NCBI GenBank assembly: GCA_000025185.1
Contig: CP001848.1
Span: 120,001-152,000, forward strand
Length of the DNA: 32,000 nucleotides
Direction of reading: 5' to 3'
Source of the DNA: Pirellula staleyi DSM 6068
GTDB taxonomy: Bacteria; Planctomycetota; Planctomycetia; Pirellulales; Pirellulaceae
The position numbers were made by a program, and so were the translations under genes. Shown in pieces: positions 1 to 9,831 of the stretch. Each line of letters opens with the position of its first letter. Position 1 is the first letter of the stretch. The notes beneath the pieces were generated by a model. The model did no database searches. It had not been told where the DNA came from and worked only from the letters and a program-made list of their open reading frames with translations.

Positions 1-552
1 GAACTTGCCGTGCGGAATTTCGCGCGGATAGGCGCTGGCACCGGCGACGATGAGTTTGGGCTTATGTTCGCGAGCTAAGCGAGCCACTTGATCGAAGTCG
101 AGCCGGTGATCGCTTTGACGAACGCCGTAGCTGTGGAAGTTGTAGAGTTTGCCCGAGAGGTTCAGCTTCATGCCGTGCGTGAGGTGACCACCATGCGCCA
201 GGTCGAGGCCGAGGACCGTATCGCCGGGGTTAATCAGCGAGAGGTAGACCGCTTGATTGGCCTGCGAACCGCTGTGGGGCTGCACGTTGGCATGTTCGGC
301 ACCGAAGAGTTGCTTCGCGCGGTCGCGCGCCAGGTTCTCGATGACGTCGACATGCTCGCAGCCGCCGTAGTAGCGACGTCCGGGATAACCTTCGGCATAT
401 TTGTTCGTCAGCACGCTGCCGACCGCTTGCATAACCGCGACACTCGTATAGTTCTCGCTGGCGATCATCTCGAGGCCATCTTGCTGACGCTCTTGCTCAG
501 CGGCAATGGCGGCCCAAACTTGCGGATCTTGCTGCGACAGAACGTTGCTCAT
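1..552 (-). CDS. glyA: serine hydroxymethyltransferase, N-terminal 184 codons (rest of the gene lies left of the window)
   Basis: Absent from the ORF track because it runs off the window edge. My reverse-complement translation from the ATG (complement of 550-552) reads [64 protein letters not shown]..., the canonical SHMT N-terminus. The frame stays open to nt 1. Confidence 0.9.
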   Translation of the reverse strand, partial: MSNVLSQQDPQVWAAIAAEQERQQDGLEMIASENYTSVAVMQAVGSVLTNKYAEGYPGRRYYGGCEHVDVIENLARDRAKQLFGAEHANVQPHSGSQANQAVYLSLINPGDTVLGLDLAHGGHLTHGMKLNLSGKLYNFHSYGVRQSDHRLDFDQVARLAREHKPKLIVAGASAYPREIPHGKF

Positions 553-854
553 GTAATCACCGGCTCCCAAGCATTAGCGTCGAAATCGTACCAGCTCTCG
601 TCTGCAAACTCGCTCGATCCACGGGCGACAGCGAGCGGCATAAACCACCCATTCGCCGGGGCAGTTTAGCTGCGTGTCGACACCCCGCTGGATGCGTCGG
701 GAGCGATCTTGCAGAAACCTATGATTGTCGGCGAGAGCGCGAGCGCCGTCAATTGGGTCCGTCCTCGGGACTGCTAGTTCAGGACGACAAACCTTAACCG
801 GAAACTGGTGATAATTTCGCGGCTTTGGCCGAACCTAAGTACCTTTGGGCAATA

Positions 855-875
855 GCCTCTACGTCGTTTAGAGGC
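855..875 (+). promoter_or_regulatory. 7-bp stem-loop (GCCTCTA-cgtcgtt-TAGAGGC) about 40 nt upstream of the kinase start
   Basis: Perfect inverted arms at 855-861 and 869-875, read directly from the sequence. It sits in the 361-bp divergent glyA/kinase intergenic region. Function unknown. Confidence 0.2.
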
Positions 876-913
876 ACGTCCCACCCGTGGTCCATGCAGG
901 GGACGATTTCCCG

Positions 914-2611
914 ATGGCTAGTCCCACGAAAGAGCCGCTGCTAGAAATTCTGCGTAAAAGTGGACTCGTCGACGAGCGCGAAATCGATCGCTTGGTCGAG
1001 GTACAGCCGCAAGCAGCGAGCGATTCGATGGTCGCCGCCGATCTGCTGGCGAGCACCAAACTGGTCACCTCGTGGCAACTCGAGCGTTTGCGCGAGGGGC
1101 GTTGGCGCGGCTACTTCCTGGGGAAGTACAAAATCCTGGGACAGCTCGGTGCCGGGGCGATGGGAAGTGTCTTTCTGGCCGAGCATCGCGTCATGCGACA
1201 TCAGGTGGCCATTAAAGTTTTGGCGAAGCGGCTGACAGGGAAACCTGAATACGTGAAACGCTTCGAGCAAGAGGCGCGGGCTGCTGCGGTGGTATCGCAC
1301 CCACGTCTGGTGCGTGCTTTCGACATCGATAGCGACGGCGACCTGCACTACTTCGTGATGGAATATGTCGCAGGGGAAGACTTACAGAAAATCGTGCTCC
1401 GCGATGGTCCCCTTCCGGTGAGCGAAGCTGCTGAATGCATTCGGCAAACCGCCGAGGGACTATCCGCAGCGCATGCCGCCGGGCTGATCCATCGCGATAT
1501 CAAACCCTCGAACTTGCTCCTCGATCCAGGAGGACAAGTGCATATTCTCGACCTGGGTCTGGCGAGGATGGTGATCGACGATGAGCCATCGCTCACGCTG
1601 GTGCAAGACGCGCGGATGATCGGCACAGTCGACTACCTCTCTCCCGAGCAGGCGCGTAACAGTCACGAGATCGATCCTCGCGCCGATCTCTACAGCCTCG
1701 GCTGTACGCTCTATTTTTTGCTGAGTGGTCAGCCTCCGTTTGCGGAGGGAACGATTCCCCAGCGGGTGATTGCTCACCAGACCCAGCGGCCTGTTTCGAT
1801 TCGCAAAAAACGTCCCGAAGTCGACGCTCCCCTCGAAGCGATACTGAGCAAGCTGCTGGCGAAAAAAGCGGAGCGACGGTTTGCATCAGCGGCAGAAGTG
1901 GAGCAAGTGTTGGCCGCCTGGCAAGCCAGCGAGATCGATCGTGTCCATGCGTTGATCGGTCCCCTCGGCAGTGGTCGCGGTGGCAGCAGCGTGTATAGCG
2001 CGAGCGATAGTGCAGCTCGCGTGTCTACCTCGGGCGACGATCTGGCGCTCTTGCCACTCGATGGTGCCGACACCGATCCGGCCGCACCGATGGCTGGTCG
2101 CTCGACCCTCTCGGGAACGCGAGATCCACGTGCGAGCGTAAGTTCATCTGCCTCTAAAAATTCAATCTCTGCTGCGCCGATGGAGACGAAATCGGCCGCG
2201 CAATCTTCGGCGAAAGTGTTGCAGCAACCCGCGACACAGCTCGAGGATTCCACGCTACTGACGCCGCTCGACGATCCTCTGGCGTCGCTTCTCGAACTAC
2301 CACCGGGCCCCGATTTGGCGAGTCTCGATCCCCTCGCGAGCGCAACGCTTTCACCGGCAAGCTTGCCCCACGAGCCTTTGTCGACGCAGCAACATTCCGC
2401 GCCGAGCGAAGCAGCGCCGCCACAGAAGTTTCGTGATCGACTGTTGGCTCTCGTCGCGCGGAGCGAGGGAGATGGAACTGGCGGCCTGAGCTACTCGCTC
2501 TGGTTTTTGATTCTGTTTGGGATCTGCACGGGGCTCGTGATCGCAGGCCTTGGTTATTCGTACGTGCAGTCGTTCACGCGTCAGGCACCGATTCAAAAAT
2601 CGATGGAATAA
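914..2611 (+). CDS. Ser/Thr protein kinase (Hanks type), C-terminally membrane-anchored
   Basis: ORF 887..2611 opens with GTG; the first ATG is at 914 (MASPTKEPLL). Kinase motifs: GAGAMGSV (Gly loop), VAIKVL, HRDIKPSNLL, DLGLAR (DFG variant), GTVDYLSPE. A S/A/P/L-rich linker of about 190 aa follows, then one hydrophobic helix (LWFLILFGICTGLVIAGLGYSYV) about 17 aa before the stop. Confidence 0.85.
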   Translation: MASPTKEPLLEILRKSGLVDEREIDRLVEVQPQAASDSMVAADLLASTKLVTSWQLERLREGRWRGYFLGKYKILGQLGAGAMGSVFLAEHRVMRHQVAIKVLAKRLTGKPEYVKRFEQEARAAAVVSHPRLVRAFDIDSDGDLHYFVMEYVAGEDLQKIVLRDGPLPVSEAAECIRQTAEGLSAAHAAGLIHRDIKPSNLLLDPGGQVHILDLGLARMVIDDEPSLTLVQDARMIGTVDYLSPEQARNSHEIDPRADLYSLGCTLYFLLSGQPPFAEGTIPQRVIAHQTQRPVSIRKKRPEVDAPLEAILSKLLAKKAERRFASAAEVEQVLAAWQASEIDRVHALIGPLGSGRGGSSVYSASDSAARVSTSGDDLALLPLDGADTDPAAPMAGRSTLSGTRDPRASVSSSASKNSISAAPMETKSAAQSSAKVLQQPATQLEDSTLLTPLDDPLASLLELPPGPDLASLDPLASATLSPASLPHEPLSTQQHSAPSEAAPPQKFRDRLLALVARSEGDGTGGLSYSLWFLILFGICTGLVIAGLGYSYVQSFTRQAPIQKSME

Positions 2612-2689
2612 CGCTGGAAAAACGTGCCATTCGACGAATATGCCCGGGATCGGCCGGCGATTCACGTGGCTGAAAAGGCGTGCTACGAA

Positions 2690-3601
2690 CTAGCGCAGCA
2701 GCGGTGGTGGCTCGGCCGCTACCGGGGAAAAGATTGGCTGCTGATTGGTCGGCGCCGCTGGTGCAGAGATTGGCGGGAGCGCGGCGATAAATTGATCGAG
2801 CGCCACGCGATAGGCTTCGGGCTGCGGATCATTGTGCCCTGCCCCTTCGTTGCGAATGAAGACTTTATTTTTCGTGGTCGCCGTGTCAAACAGCAATTGC
2901 CCCTGCTCGAACGGAATCACTTGGTCGGCATCGGCGTGACTGATCAGCAGCGGTCCCTCGTAGCGGCGAATGGCTTCGAGCGAGTTCATGCGCATCGTCA
3001 TCATCAGACTCATGGGTAGCCACGGCACATGATGCTGCGCTACATCGGGGAGCGAGGTGAATGTGTTCACCAGCACCAGTCCGCGACACGGCTCTTGCTC
3101 TGCGACTTGCAGTGCGACGCCACCACCGAGCGAAACACCCATCAGCATGACGTCGCGATTGGCAATTCCTTCTTTGCGAGCGAGCCAGTCACGCGCAGCA
3201 CGTGCGTCGGTAACCACACCTTGCTCGGTTGGCTTCCCTTCACTTCGTCCGAAACCACGATAGTCGAGCGCGAGGACCGAGAGGCCATGGCGGCGATTGA
3301 GTAGTCGAATTGACTCGGCAAGTAAGGTCACGTTGCCAGCATTTCCATGCAGCAGCACGGCATGCGCGAGGGGCTGAGGATGACGAGCATACCAGCCGTG
3401 CAGTTTCACACCATCGCTGGCAGTGAAGTAAGCATCTTCGACGAGCACCGAGGTTTGTTCCCATTCCCCGGCTGGATAGCGCGCGGGCTGAAACACACTT
3501 TTGCGTTCCCAGCTCGTCAGCGGAGATGTCGGAGGAAGCACGGCACAGCCGACTTGCGCGCAGCCAAGCACCGAGAACAGCAGAACGACCCATGCGCGCA
3601 T
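2690..3601 (-). CDS. exported alpha/beta-hydrolase (BEM46/ABHD-like serine hydrolase), possible lipoprotein
   Basis: ATG start. N-terminal signal MRAWVVLLFSVLGC. Motifs: HGNAGN, nucleophile elbow GVSLGGG, later acidic residue (HADADQVIP) and His (GAGHND), consistent with a Ser-Asp-His triad. Confidence 0.75.
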   Translation of the reverse strand: MRAWVVLLFSVLGCAQVGCAVLPPTSPLTSWERKSVFQPARYPAGEWEQTSVLVEDAYFTASDGVKLHGWYARHPQPLAHAVLLHGNAGNVTLLAESIRLLNRRHGLSVLALDYRGFGRSEGKPTEQGVVTDARAARDWLARKEGIANRDVMLMGVSLGGGVALQVAEQEPCRGLVLVNTFTSLPDVAQHHVPWLPMSLMMTMRMNSLEAIRRYEGPLLISHADADQVIPFEQGQLLFDTATTKNKVFIRNEGAGHNDPQPEAYRVALDQFIAALPPISAPAAPTNQQPIFSPVAAEPPPLLR

Positions 3602-3736
3602 AGCAAGCTTCCTTTATCCCCACCTGGATTCGTGGCGGAGAATAGCAAGCGTCTGCCGGTGCATCAAGAGCAATGACCGCAGCAGTGCGTACGCCTCATC
3701 GACTGCGAAAAAACGGCACTGAAACGCTGCTGGCAA

Positions 3737-4555
3737 CTACTTGGCGCGGCGCTGGCGGAGCGCTTCGTAGAAGAGAATGGCGGCGGTCACCGACAAGTTC
3801 AAACTGTCGACCGTGCCGAGCATCGGGAGGGAAATCGCGCGGATATCGTCCCCCAGCCATTCGCGAGACAGACCTTCAGCCTCGCTTCCCAAAATAATTG
3901 CCGTGCGACCTCGCAGGTCGGCTGTGGTGTAGTCGATGGCACCATCGACCCGTGTCGCCAGCATCTGAAACTGATGCATTCGGAGCCAGGCGAGCGCTTG
4001 TGGCACTGTCATGCCGATGACGGGCAGGGTGAAGAGCGCGCCGAGACTCGCGCGGATGGCGTTGGGGTTATAGAGATCGAGCCGCGCGCCACAGACAATC
4101 ACCCCATCGATTCCCGCCGCATCAGCCGATCGCAAGATCGCGCCGAGATTGCCTGGTTTCTCGACCCCTTCCACCACCGCCACCAGCAAGTCGCGTTTCG
4201 CTGCGAGCTTATCTTGCAGGAAGGTGTCGAGCGCGGGACTCGGCGACTCGGCCACGAGGATCACTTCCTCGACACGATCGCCAAAGGCGAGCTTTTCCAT
4301 CACTTGACGCGAGACGGGAAGGATCGTCGCGCCGGACTCACGTGCGTGGCGCATGGTCTGCTGCGAAGTGGCCGACAGTTCCACGCCATCGAGCACAAAC
4401 AGTTCGAGCGCAACCACTCCCGCGCCGAGGGCGCGCGTGATTTCGCGCTCTCCATCGATGATGATCCGCTGCTGCTCGTCGCGCGCTTTGCGCTCGCGCA
4501 ATTTCACCGCTTGCTTCACGCGCAGGTTCTGCAAACTGGTGATGGTGGGAATCAT
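3737..4555 (-). CDS. TrmH/SpoU-family RNA 2'-O-methyltransferase (RlmB-like)
   Basis: 272 aa, ATG start. SpoU motifs: NLGAILRSA, ILGSEAEGLS, ISLPMLGTVDSLNLSVTAAILFYE. The N-terminal substrate-binding-like region (LQNLRVKQAVKL) is present. Confidence 0.85.
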   Translation of the reverse strand: MIPTITSLQNLRVKQAVKLRERKARDEQQRIIIDGEREITRALGAGVVALELFVLDGVELSATSQQTMRHARESGATILPVSRQVMEKLAFGDRVEEVILVAESPSPALDTFLQDKLAAKRDLLVAVVEGVEKPGNLGAILRSADAAGIDGVIVCGARLDLYNPNAIRASLGALFTLPVIGMTVPQALAWLRMHQFQMLATRVDGAIDYTTADLRGRTAIILGSEAEGLSREWLGDDIRAISLPMLGTVDSLNLSVTAAILFYEALRQRRAK

Positions 4556-4604
4556 CGCAATCGAACTTCCAGAAGAAGACCGCAGATCGTCTGTGCGAGG
4601 TGCA

Positions 4605-5516
4605 CTAGCTCAGCAATCCGCTTTCCCAGCAGAGGTAGGCCACCGGCGCAGCCAGCAGCACCGAGTCGATAATATCGAGCACGCCACCGAGTCCCGGGAG
4701 CCAGCGACTGCTATCTTTCCGCTGCATATCCCGTTTGAGAAGCGACTCGGCGAGATCGCCAATCATCCCCAGCACAGCGACCAGCAGCGAGTAGATCACA
4801 ATCCCTACGATCGATGGTGCCTGCCAATCGCCCCCCATCACCAGTGGCGCAATTGCCCGAAAATAGACGAGCCCGCCCACGATGGCGAAGACAAAACCAC
4901 CGATCGCACCTTCCACCGTTTTACCAGGACTAAGGACCGGCGTGAGCTTGTGCTTGCCGAGGTTCTTGCCGACGGTGTACGCGCCGGTGTCGGCAAGTTT
5001 CGTGATGAAGAGGAGCGAAACGAGCGCTACGATTCCGAGCGGTTCGTTATCGAGCAGGCGAAGCGAGGCGAGAAAACCGAGCATCCCACCGATATAGATC
5101 ATCACCATCACGCTAAGCGAAAGTGACACCATCGCGGTCGCCGGTTTGACGAACAGCTGCATTTGCCGTGTGAAGGCGACGATCAGCCCCAGCGAAGCAG
5201 CAACAGCAGGCCAGCCGAATCTGCCAAACGAACTGTTTTCGGGAAAGCGCGTGCCGAGTGCGTCCCCCACCATGGGCAAAGCGGCGGCGAGCACAATTGC
5301 CAGCACACCGACGTGGGTGCTCACGCGATCGATCGTGTGACCACCATGGCGCAGCAATTCCAGCACCTCTTCGGTCGCCATCACGGCAATCAGAAGCAGG
5401 ACCGGCAACAGCCAAAAGCCTCGGATCGGAACCAGCCACTGCTGATGATCGGCCGTCACCAGCGTGACGAGAACCGAGATAATCACCGCAGCCGACAGTA
5501 GACGCCAGCGAAGCAC
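4605..5516 (-). CDS. cdsA: phosphatidate cytidylyltransferase (CDP-diglyceride synthase), with an atypical signature
   Basis: 303 aa, polytopic, GTG start 14 nt after the uppS stop (classic uppS-cdsA synteny). Motifs: GKNLGKHKLTPVLSPGKTVEGAIGG and SLLKRDMQRKDSSRWLPGLGGVLDIIDS. The usual HGG and DR positions read LGG and DI (see findings). Confidence 0.8.
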   Translation of the reverse strand: MLRWRLLSAAVIISVLVTLVTADHQQWLVPIRGFWLLPVLLLIAVMATEEVLELLRHGGHTIDRVSTHVGVLAIVLAAALPMVGDALGTRFPENSSFGRFGWPAVAASLGLIVAFTRQMQLFVKPATAMVSLSLSVMVMIYIGGMLGFLASLRLLDNEPLGIVALVSLLFITKLADTGAYTVGKNLGKHKLTPVLSPGKTVEGAIGGFVFAIVGGLVYFRAIAPLVMGGDWQAPSIVGIVIYSLLVAVLGMIGDLAESLLKRDMQRKDSSRWLPGLGGVLDIIDSVLLAAPVAYLCWESGLLS

Positions 5517-5530
5517 CGCAGCTCCTTTCG

Positions 5531-6304
5531 TTAGCTCGCCAGACCGCCGAAACGACGGTCGCGGGCCGCAAAGCTGCGAATCGATTGATGAAAATCGTCC
5601 AGTTCAAACTCGGGCCAACATTTTTCGGTGACCCACAGCTCGGCGTAGCTGATTTGCCAAAGGAGAAAATTGCTAATCCGCATCTCACCAGCGGTTCGAA
5701 TCAGCAGATCGGGATCGGGCATCCCTGCGGTGTAGAGCTTCGAGGAGACCAGCGCCTCGTCGATCGTTGCCGGATCGAGCTTCCCTTGCTGTACTTCTGC
5801 CGCAATCGCGCGGACAGCATCGACCAGTTCACCACGCGCGCCGTAGTTAATCGCCAGGCAAAGCCGCATGCCGGTATTGGCGGCGCTCATCTCGACCGTG
5901 CGATCCATTTCCGCCAAAGTCGCTTCGGGAATTCCTTCGCGACGCCCAATCACACTCACAGTGATGTTCTGCTGCATGATCGTGGTTCGCTCTTCGATCA
6001 TGTACTGCTCGAGCAGATGCATCAGAAAATCAAGCTCACGCTGCGGACGCTTCCAGTTCTCGCTGCTGAGGCAGTAGAGCGACAGCTGCGTAAGCCCCAG
6101 CCGCGCTCCTTCTTCCACCGTTCGCCGAACACTAGCGACCCCACGCCGATGCCCTTCGATGCGGGGCAAATCGCGACGCTGAGCCCAGCGTCCATTGCCA
6201 TCCATGATCACGGCAACATGCCGCGGCCGACGCGCCAGGGGCACATCGGCAAGTCGATCGTCGGTGGCAATGGCAGGGTCGGTCACGCTGGCGAAACTCC
6301 GCAA
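5531..6304 (-). CDS. uppS: di-trans,poly-cis-undecaprenyl-diphosphate synthase (isoprenyl transferase)
   Basis: Motifs: HVAVIMDGNGRWA, SSENWKRP, RTAGEMRISNFLLWQISYAELW. There is no ATG upstream of the first motif. The start is TTG at 6304 or GTG at 6286, so the 5' end is uncertain by a few codons. Confidence 0.9.
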   Translation of the reverse strand: MRSFASVTDPAIATDDRLADVPLARRPRHVAVIMDGNGRWAQRRDLPRIEGHRRGVASVRRTVEEGARLGLTQLSLYCLSSENWKRPQRELDFLMHLLEQYMIEERTTIMQQNITVSVIGRREGIPEATLAEMDRTVEMSAANTGMRLCLAINYGARGELVDAVRAIAAEVQQGKLDPATIDEALVSSKLYTAGMPDPDLLIRTAGEMRISNFLLWQISYAELWVTEKCWPEFELDDFHQSIRSFAARDRRFGGLAS

Positions 6305-6372
6305 GCATCACAGTTCGGAGGTGTTATTCTCAGGGAATTACGAGTTTTTTGGCTACTTACGCCGCGCGCGAC

Positions 6373-7689
6373 TTACATGAAGTTGGCCATCGCGCCGGTG
6401 AACATCGTTTGCGCTCGATCGGGGCCGACCGACACAATCTCGACCGGCTTGCCGACGAGTTGGCCAATCAGTTTCAGATAGTCCTTCGCGCCACGCGGCA
6501 GATCATCGACGTCGCGAACCTTCGTCACATCGATGTTCCAGCCAGGGAACGTTTCGTAGATCGGCTGGCAGCGCTTCAAATCTTCCCAGTGGCTCGGGAA
6601 GTGCGTGATCCGCTGACCATCGAGGTTATACGCGACGCAAACTTTCACTTCGGGCAATTGGCTCAGCACGTCCATCATCATCAGCGAAATGCAATCGATA
6701 CCGCTGAGTCGGGCCGTGTAGCGCACCGCAACGGCATCGAACCATCCGCAGCGTCGTGGCCGCCCCGTCGTTGTGCCATACTCGCGCCCAAGTTCGCGAA
6801 TCCGCTGGCCGACTTCGTTACTTTGTTCCGTGGGAAATGGACCACCACCCACGCGCGTGCTGTAGGCCTTCGCGACACCGATCATCCGGCTGATGAAGCG
6901 AGCGGGAACTCCCGAACCGGCCGAAACACCGACGCCCGAAGCATTGCTGCTCGTCACGTAGGGATAGGTGCCGTGATCGACGTCGAGGAGCGAGCCTTGC
7001 GCTCCTTCGAACAGCATCTTTTGATTCGCATCGACAGCGTCGAGCAAGTAGGCGGTTGTATCGCATACATAGCGCTGGAGCCGCTTGGCGTAGCCCGAAT
7101 ATTCTTCGTAAATCGCGGTCGCATCGAGTGGAACCGCTTCGCTGCTGAGACTGGTGAGCAAGCGATTCTTAGCGGCGACAATCTGCTCGACACGCCCCTT
7201 GAAATCGGCGCGGAACATATCGCCGAGACGAATGGCGTGCGTACGTCCCACCTTGTCGCGGTAGCAAGGACCAATGCCACGCAGCGTGGTGCCGATGCTT
7301 TCGCGATTTTCCGACGCTTCGTTCATCGCGCGATCTTCGGCGATGTGCCATGGGAACACGACGTGAGCCCGATCGCTCAGCTTCATGTTCTCAGCCACCG
7401 CGATGTCTTGCGACGCGAGCGACTCGATCTCTTTGAGGATCGTGGGAGGGTTAATCACCACGCCCGGCGTCACGACGTTCATAACCCCGGGGGTAAGAAT
7501 GCCGCTGGGGACGTGATGGAGTTTATAGGTCTTATCCCCGACGACCACGGTGTGGCCTGCGTTGGCTCCGCCTTGATAGCGAACCACGATTTCGAATTTG
7601 GAGCAAAGCAAATCGACGAGCTTACCCTTCGCTTCGTCACCCCACTGCAAGCCAATCACACACGTTCCGGGCACGATAGAAGCCCCCAC
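6373..7689 (-). CDS. purA: adenylosuccinate synthase
   Basis: 438 aa, GTG start. P-loop region [32 protein letters not shown], and the C-terminal GPDRAQT-type motif. Length and order match PurA. Confidence 0.9.
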   Translation of the reverse strand: MGASIVPGTCVIGLQWGDEAKGKLVDLLCSKFEIVVRYQGGANAGHTVVVGDKTYKLHHVPSGILTPGVMNVVTPGVVINPPTILKEIESLASQDIAVAENMKLSDRAHVVFPWHIAEDRAMNEASENRESIGTTLRGIGPCYRDKVGRTHAIRLGDMFRADFKGRVEQIVAAKNRLLTSLSSEAVPLDATAIYEEYSGYAKRLQRYVCDTTAYLLDAVDANQKMLFEGAQGSLLDVDHGTYPYVTSSNASGVGVSAGSGVPARFISRMIGVAKAYSTRVGGGPFPTEQSNEVGQRIRELGREYGTTTGRPRRCGWFDAVAVRYTARLSGIDCISLMMMDVLSQLPEVKVCVAYNLDGQRITHFPSHWEDLKRCQPIYETFPGWNIDVTKVRDVDDLPRGAKDYLKLIGQLVGKPVEIVSVGPDRAQTMFTGAMANFM

Positions 7690-7758
7690 ACAGAAGGAAA
7701 CTTGAGGCCAGACAAACTACCCATCGTAAGTTCCCGACGCGATCCGCGAAAGTGCCAA

Positions 7759-9831
7759 TCACTCGCTGGTCGTAGGTGCTGACTCTGCCTTGTTTTCCGG
7801 TGCGGCGGGTGGCAATTCTGGCGTCACGGCGGCAGCTTCGTCGGGGGTCAGGAGCCCATCGGCCGAGGTATCGATCTGGGTGAATAGCTCGGCGGGACCC
7901 AAAAACTCGCGTGGGGTGACGAGCGAGTCGCCGCTGGTATCCATGGCGGCGAACCAATCGGGAACCGGTCCCGCAGTCCGAGGACGAGGCATAATCGGGT
8001 CGGGGGTGAACAGCTGATCGGGATTTTCGATTCCCCCCCGAGCAAAGACGATTTGGTAGCCGGTCGGGACCTCGTCGATCGAAATATCCCCATCCCCATT
8101 GCGGTCGAGCGCCGCGAGTCGCTCGGCGGCCGACAGTAGTTCCGCAGCATCGAGCCGCTGATCGTAGTTGGCGTCGAGTTGCAACAGCAGCGGCTCGTCC
8201 AACCCTTGTGCCCGTGCATGAATTTGCGAACGGACGGCCCGCGATGCTGTTTTCAAATAGGCTGACAACTCAGCTGGAAAGACTTTTTTGTCAGCATCGA
8301 GATCGATCGATTCGTAACGCAAGTTGGCTTGAGGATTAACCATCAACTCCTCGGGCTCGAGATAGCCATTGTTGTTGGCATCGAGCTGCATCACCTGAAA
8401 CTTTGCCTGCTCATCGAAATTCGTGCTCGCCACCGTATCGCGGTGGTAGAGAAAAATTGGCACGCCCGCCACAACCAAACGCACGGCGCTGGGCGAGAGT
8501 GTTTCGACCGCTGTCTCGGACTTGAGCCACTCGGCCACTTGCACCACGGCCATCTGCGGAGCAGGCGATGCTTTCAGGGGTCCCTTCAGCGCGGGCGATG
8601 CTTCGTCTGCTGGCTCCGAAATCTCCGGCGGCGCGGAGCGGCTGGTGAGTGAACTTTCTGCTTCCGGAGTCGGCTCCGAAGCTGGCGTAGTTACCGGTCT
8701 CTCCTGGCTCGAAGCAAAGTGGACTTCCAAAACGAGATGTGGCGCGACTTTATCGAGCTCTTTGAACTCGGCCCGAGCAAGCCGCTCGTTCTTATCGAGA
8801 TCGAGCTGCATGAACAGGTCGCTCGTGCGCAGAAAATCATCGGCGCTCAGCGAGCCACCGAGCGCGTAGATTTCCTCGAGCGACGAGCGAATTGCATCCC
8901 AGTTGGCATGCTCTCCCAGCAAGAGCGCTGGAGCGATGCCTCGGCGTCGACGCCGCTCGGGCTGCATCCCTGGCATGTTGGCATTTTGCATGCGCGAGGC
9001 AATTTCAGCCGCCACAATCGTATCGTCGTCGTCGGCATCGCGGCTGCGAAGCTGCGTCACGATTTGCGAACGATCACTAGCGCTAATCACCCCTTCGCCA
9101 TCGACATCTAGAAGTTGCCACAACTCGCTTGCCGCCAGCGCATCGGTGAAGCTCCCCATGCTGCGGAGCGAAAACGGCCGCGAGCCACCTGCATTGCGAG
9201 TGAGAAAACGTGGTAGCTCACCGGTGTCGACAATCCCATCACGATCGATGTCGTACATCTCTACCACCTGCTTCGAACCGTTGGCGCCATCGATCGCCAG
9301 GTTGCCGAATTGGCCATACTTCACAGCCTCGCATGCGCAGAGCTCGTCCCATTTCGTCTGACCATCGGAATTGGTGTCGGCAAGCTTAAGCACATCTGCG
9401 ACCAGTTTTTCGAGCGCGCCTGTGTGTGCAGCCCCATCAATCGACAAACGACACTCCACCACCAGTGGGCCGATCGTCGACATCAGCAGAAATCGCTCAG
9501 TCCCATACGGAGGTGCCGCAGCGACCGAAACTTCGCTTGGCTTTTCCGCCGGTATGTTTGTCGTACTGCTCGGCTGAGCGCTCGTCACCTCAGCCGGTTG
9601 CTCGGAGCTTGGCTCCACCGGTTTCACTTCCACCGGAGCGGCTGGTTGCTCGGTCACCTCGCTGATGGCTGGCTTAAGCGTTTCTTTGGGCGGCTGATTG
9701 GGCGTTTGCTTTGCCTGAGGTGCAGCAGCAGGTGGCTGAGTGGTCGAGGGACAGCCGGTGAGCAGCAGCGCGGCAACTCCCAGCGCCAACAGCTGGCAGT
9801 TTCGACGCTGAAAAAAGGTCGCGCGTAGCAT
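7759..9831 (-). CDS. lipoprotein with multiple EF-hand-type calcium-binding loops
   Basis: 690 aa, ATG start. Signal plus lipobox (LALGVAALLLTGC), then a P/E/S/A-rich linker. Eleven 12-residue D-x-[DNS]-x-[DNE]-...-[ED] loops follow, e.g. DTNSDGQTKWDE, DIDRDGIVDTGE, DANNNGYLEPEE, DRNGDGDISIDE, DTSADGLLTPDE. Confidence 0.7.
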   Translation of the reverse strand: MLRATFFQRRNCQLLALGVAALLLTGCPSTTQPPAAAPQAKQTPNQPPKETLKPAISEVTEQPAAPVEVKPVEPSSEQPAEVTSAQPSSTTNIPAEKPSEVSVAAAPPYGTERFLLMSTIGPLVVECRLSIDGAAHTGALEKLVADVLKLADTNSDGQTKWDELCACEAVKYGQFGNLAIDGANGSKQVVEMYDIDRDGIVDTGELPRFLTRNAGGSRPFSLRSMGSFTDALAASELWQLLDVDGEGVISASDRSQIVTQLRSRDADDDDTIVAAEIASRMQNANMPGMQPERRRRRGIAPALLLGEHANWDAIRSSLEEIYALGGSLSADDFLRTSDLFMQLDLDKNERLARAEFKELDKVAPHLVLEVHFASSQERPVTTPASEPTPEAESSLTSRSAPPEISEPADEASPALKGPLKASPAPQMAVVQVAEWLKSETAVETLSPSAVRLVVAGVPIFLYHRDTVASTNFDEQAKFQVMQLDANNNGYLEPEELMVNPQANLRYESIDLDADKKVFPAELSAYLKTASRAVRSQIHARAQGLDEPLLLQLDANYDQRLDAAELLSAAERLAALDRNGDGDISIDEVPTGYQIVFARGGIENPDQLFTPDPIMPRPRTAGPVPDWFAAMDTSGDSLVTPREFLGPAELFTQIDTSADGLLTPDEAAAVTPELPPAAPENKAESAPTTSE

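Noticed and set aside
654-663. cgccggggca, resembling the 3' CCGCCUGGGC element of the ZTP (pfl) riboswitch, which often precedes glyA and purine genes.
   Set aside because: It is on the wrong strand for glyA, 250 nt from the kinase start, and I cannot find the 5' sub-domain (GGGUCGUGA...UGGCG).
7621-7641. The PurA P-loop reads GDEAKGK instead of the usual GDEGKGK.
   Set aside because: It is a single conservative Gly-to-Ala change in an otherwise canonical, full-length PurA. I cannot judge its frequency without an alignment, so it does not rise to a finding.
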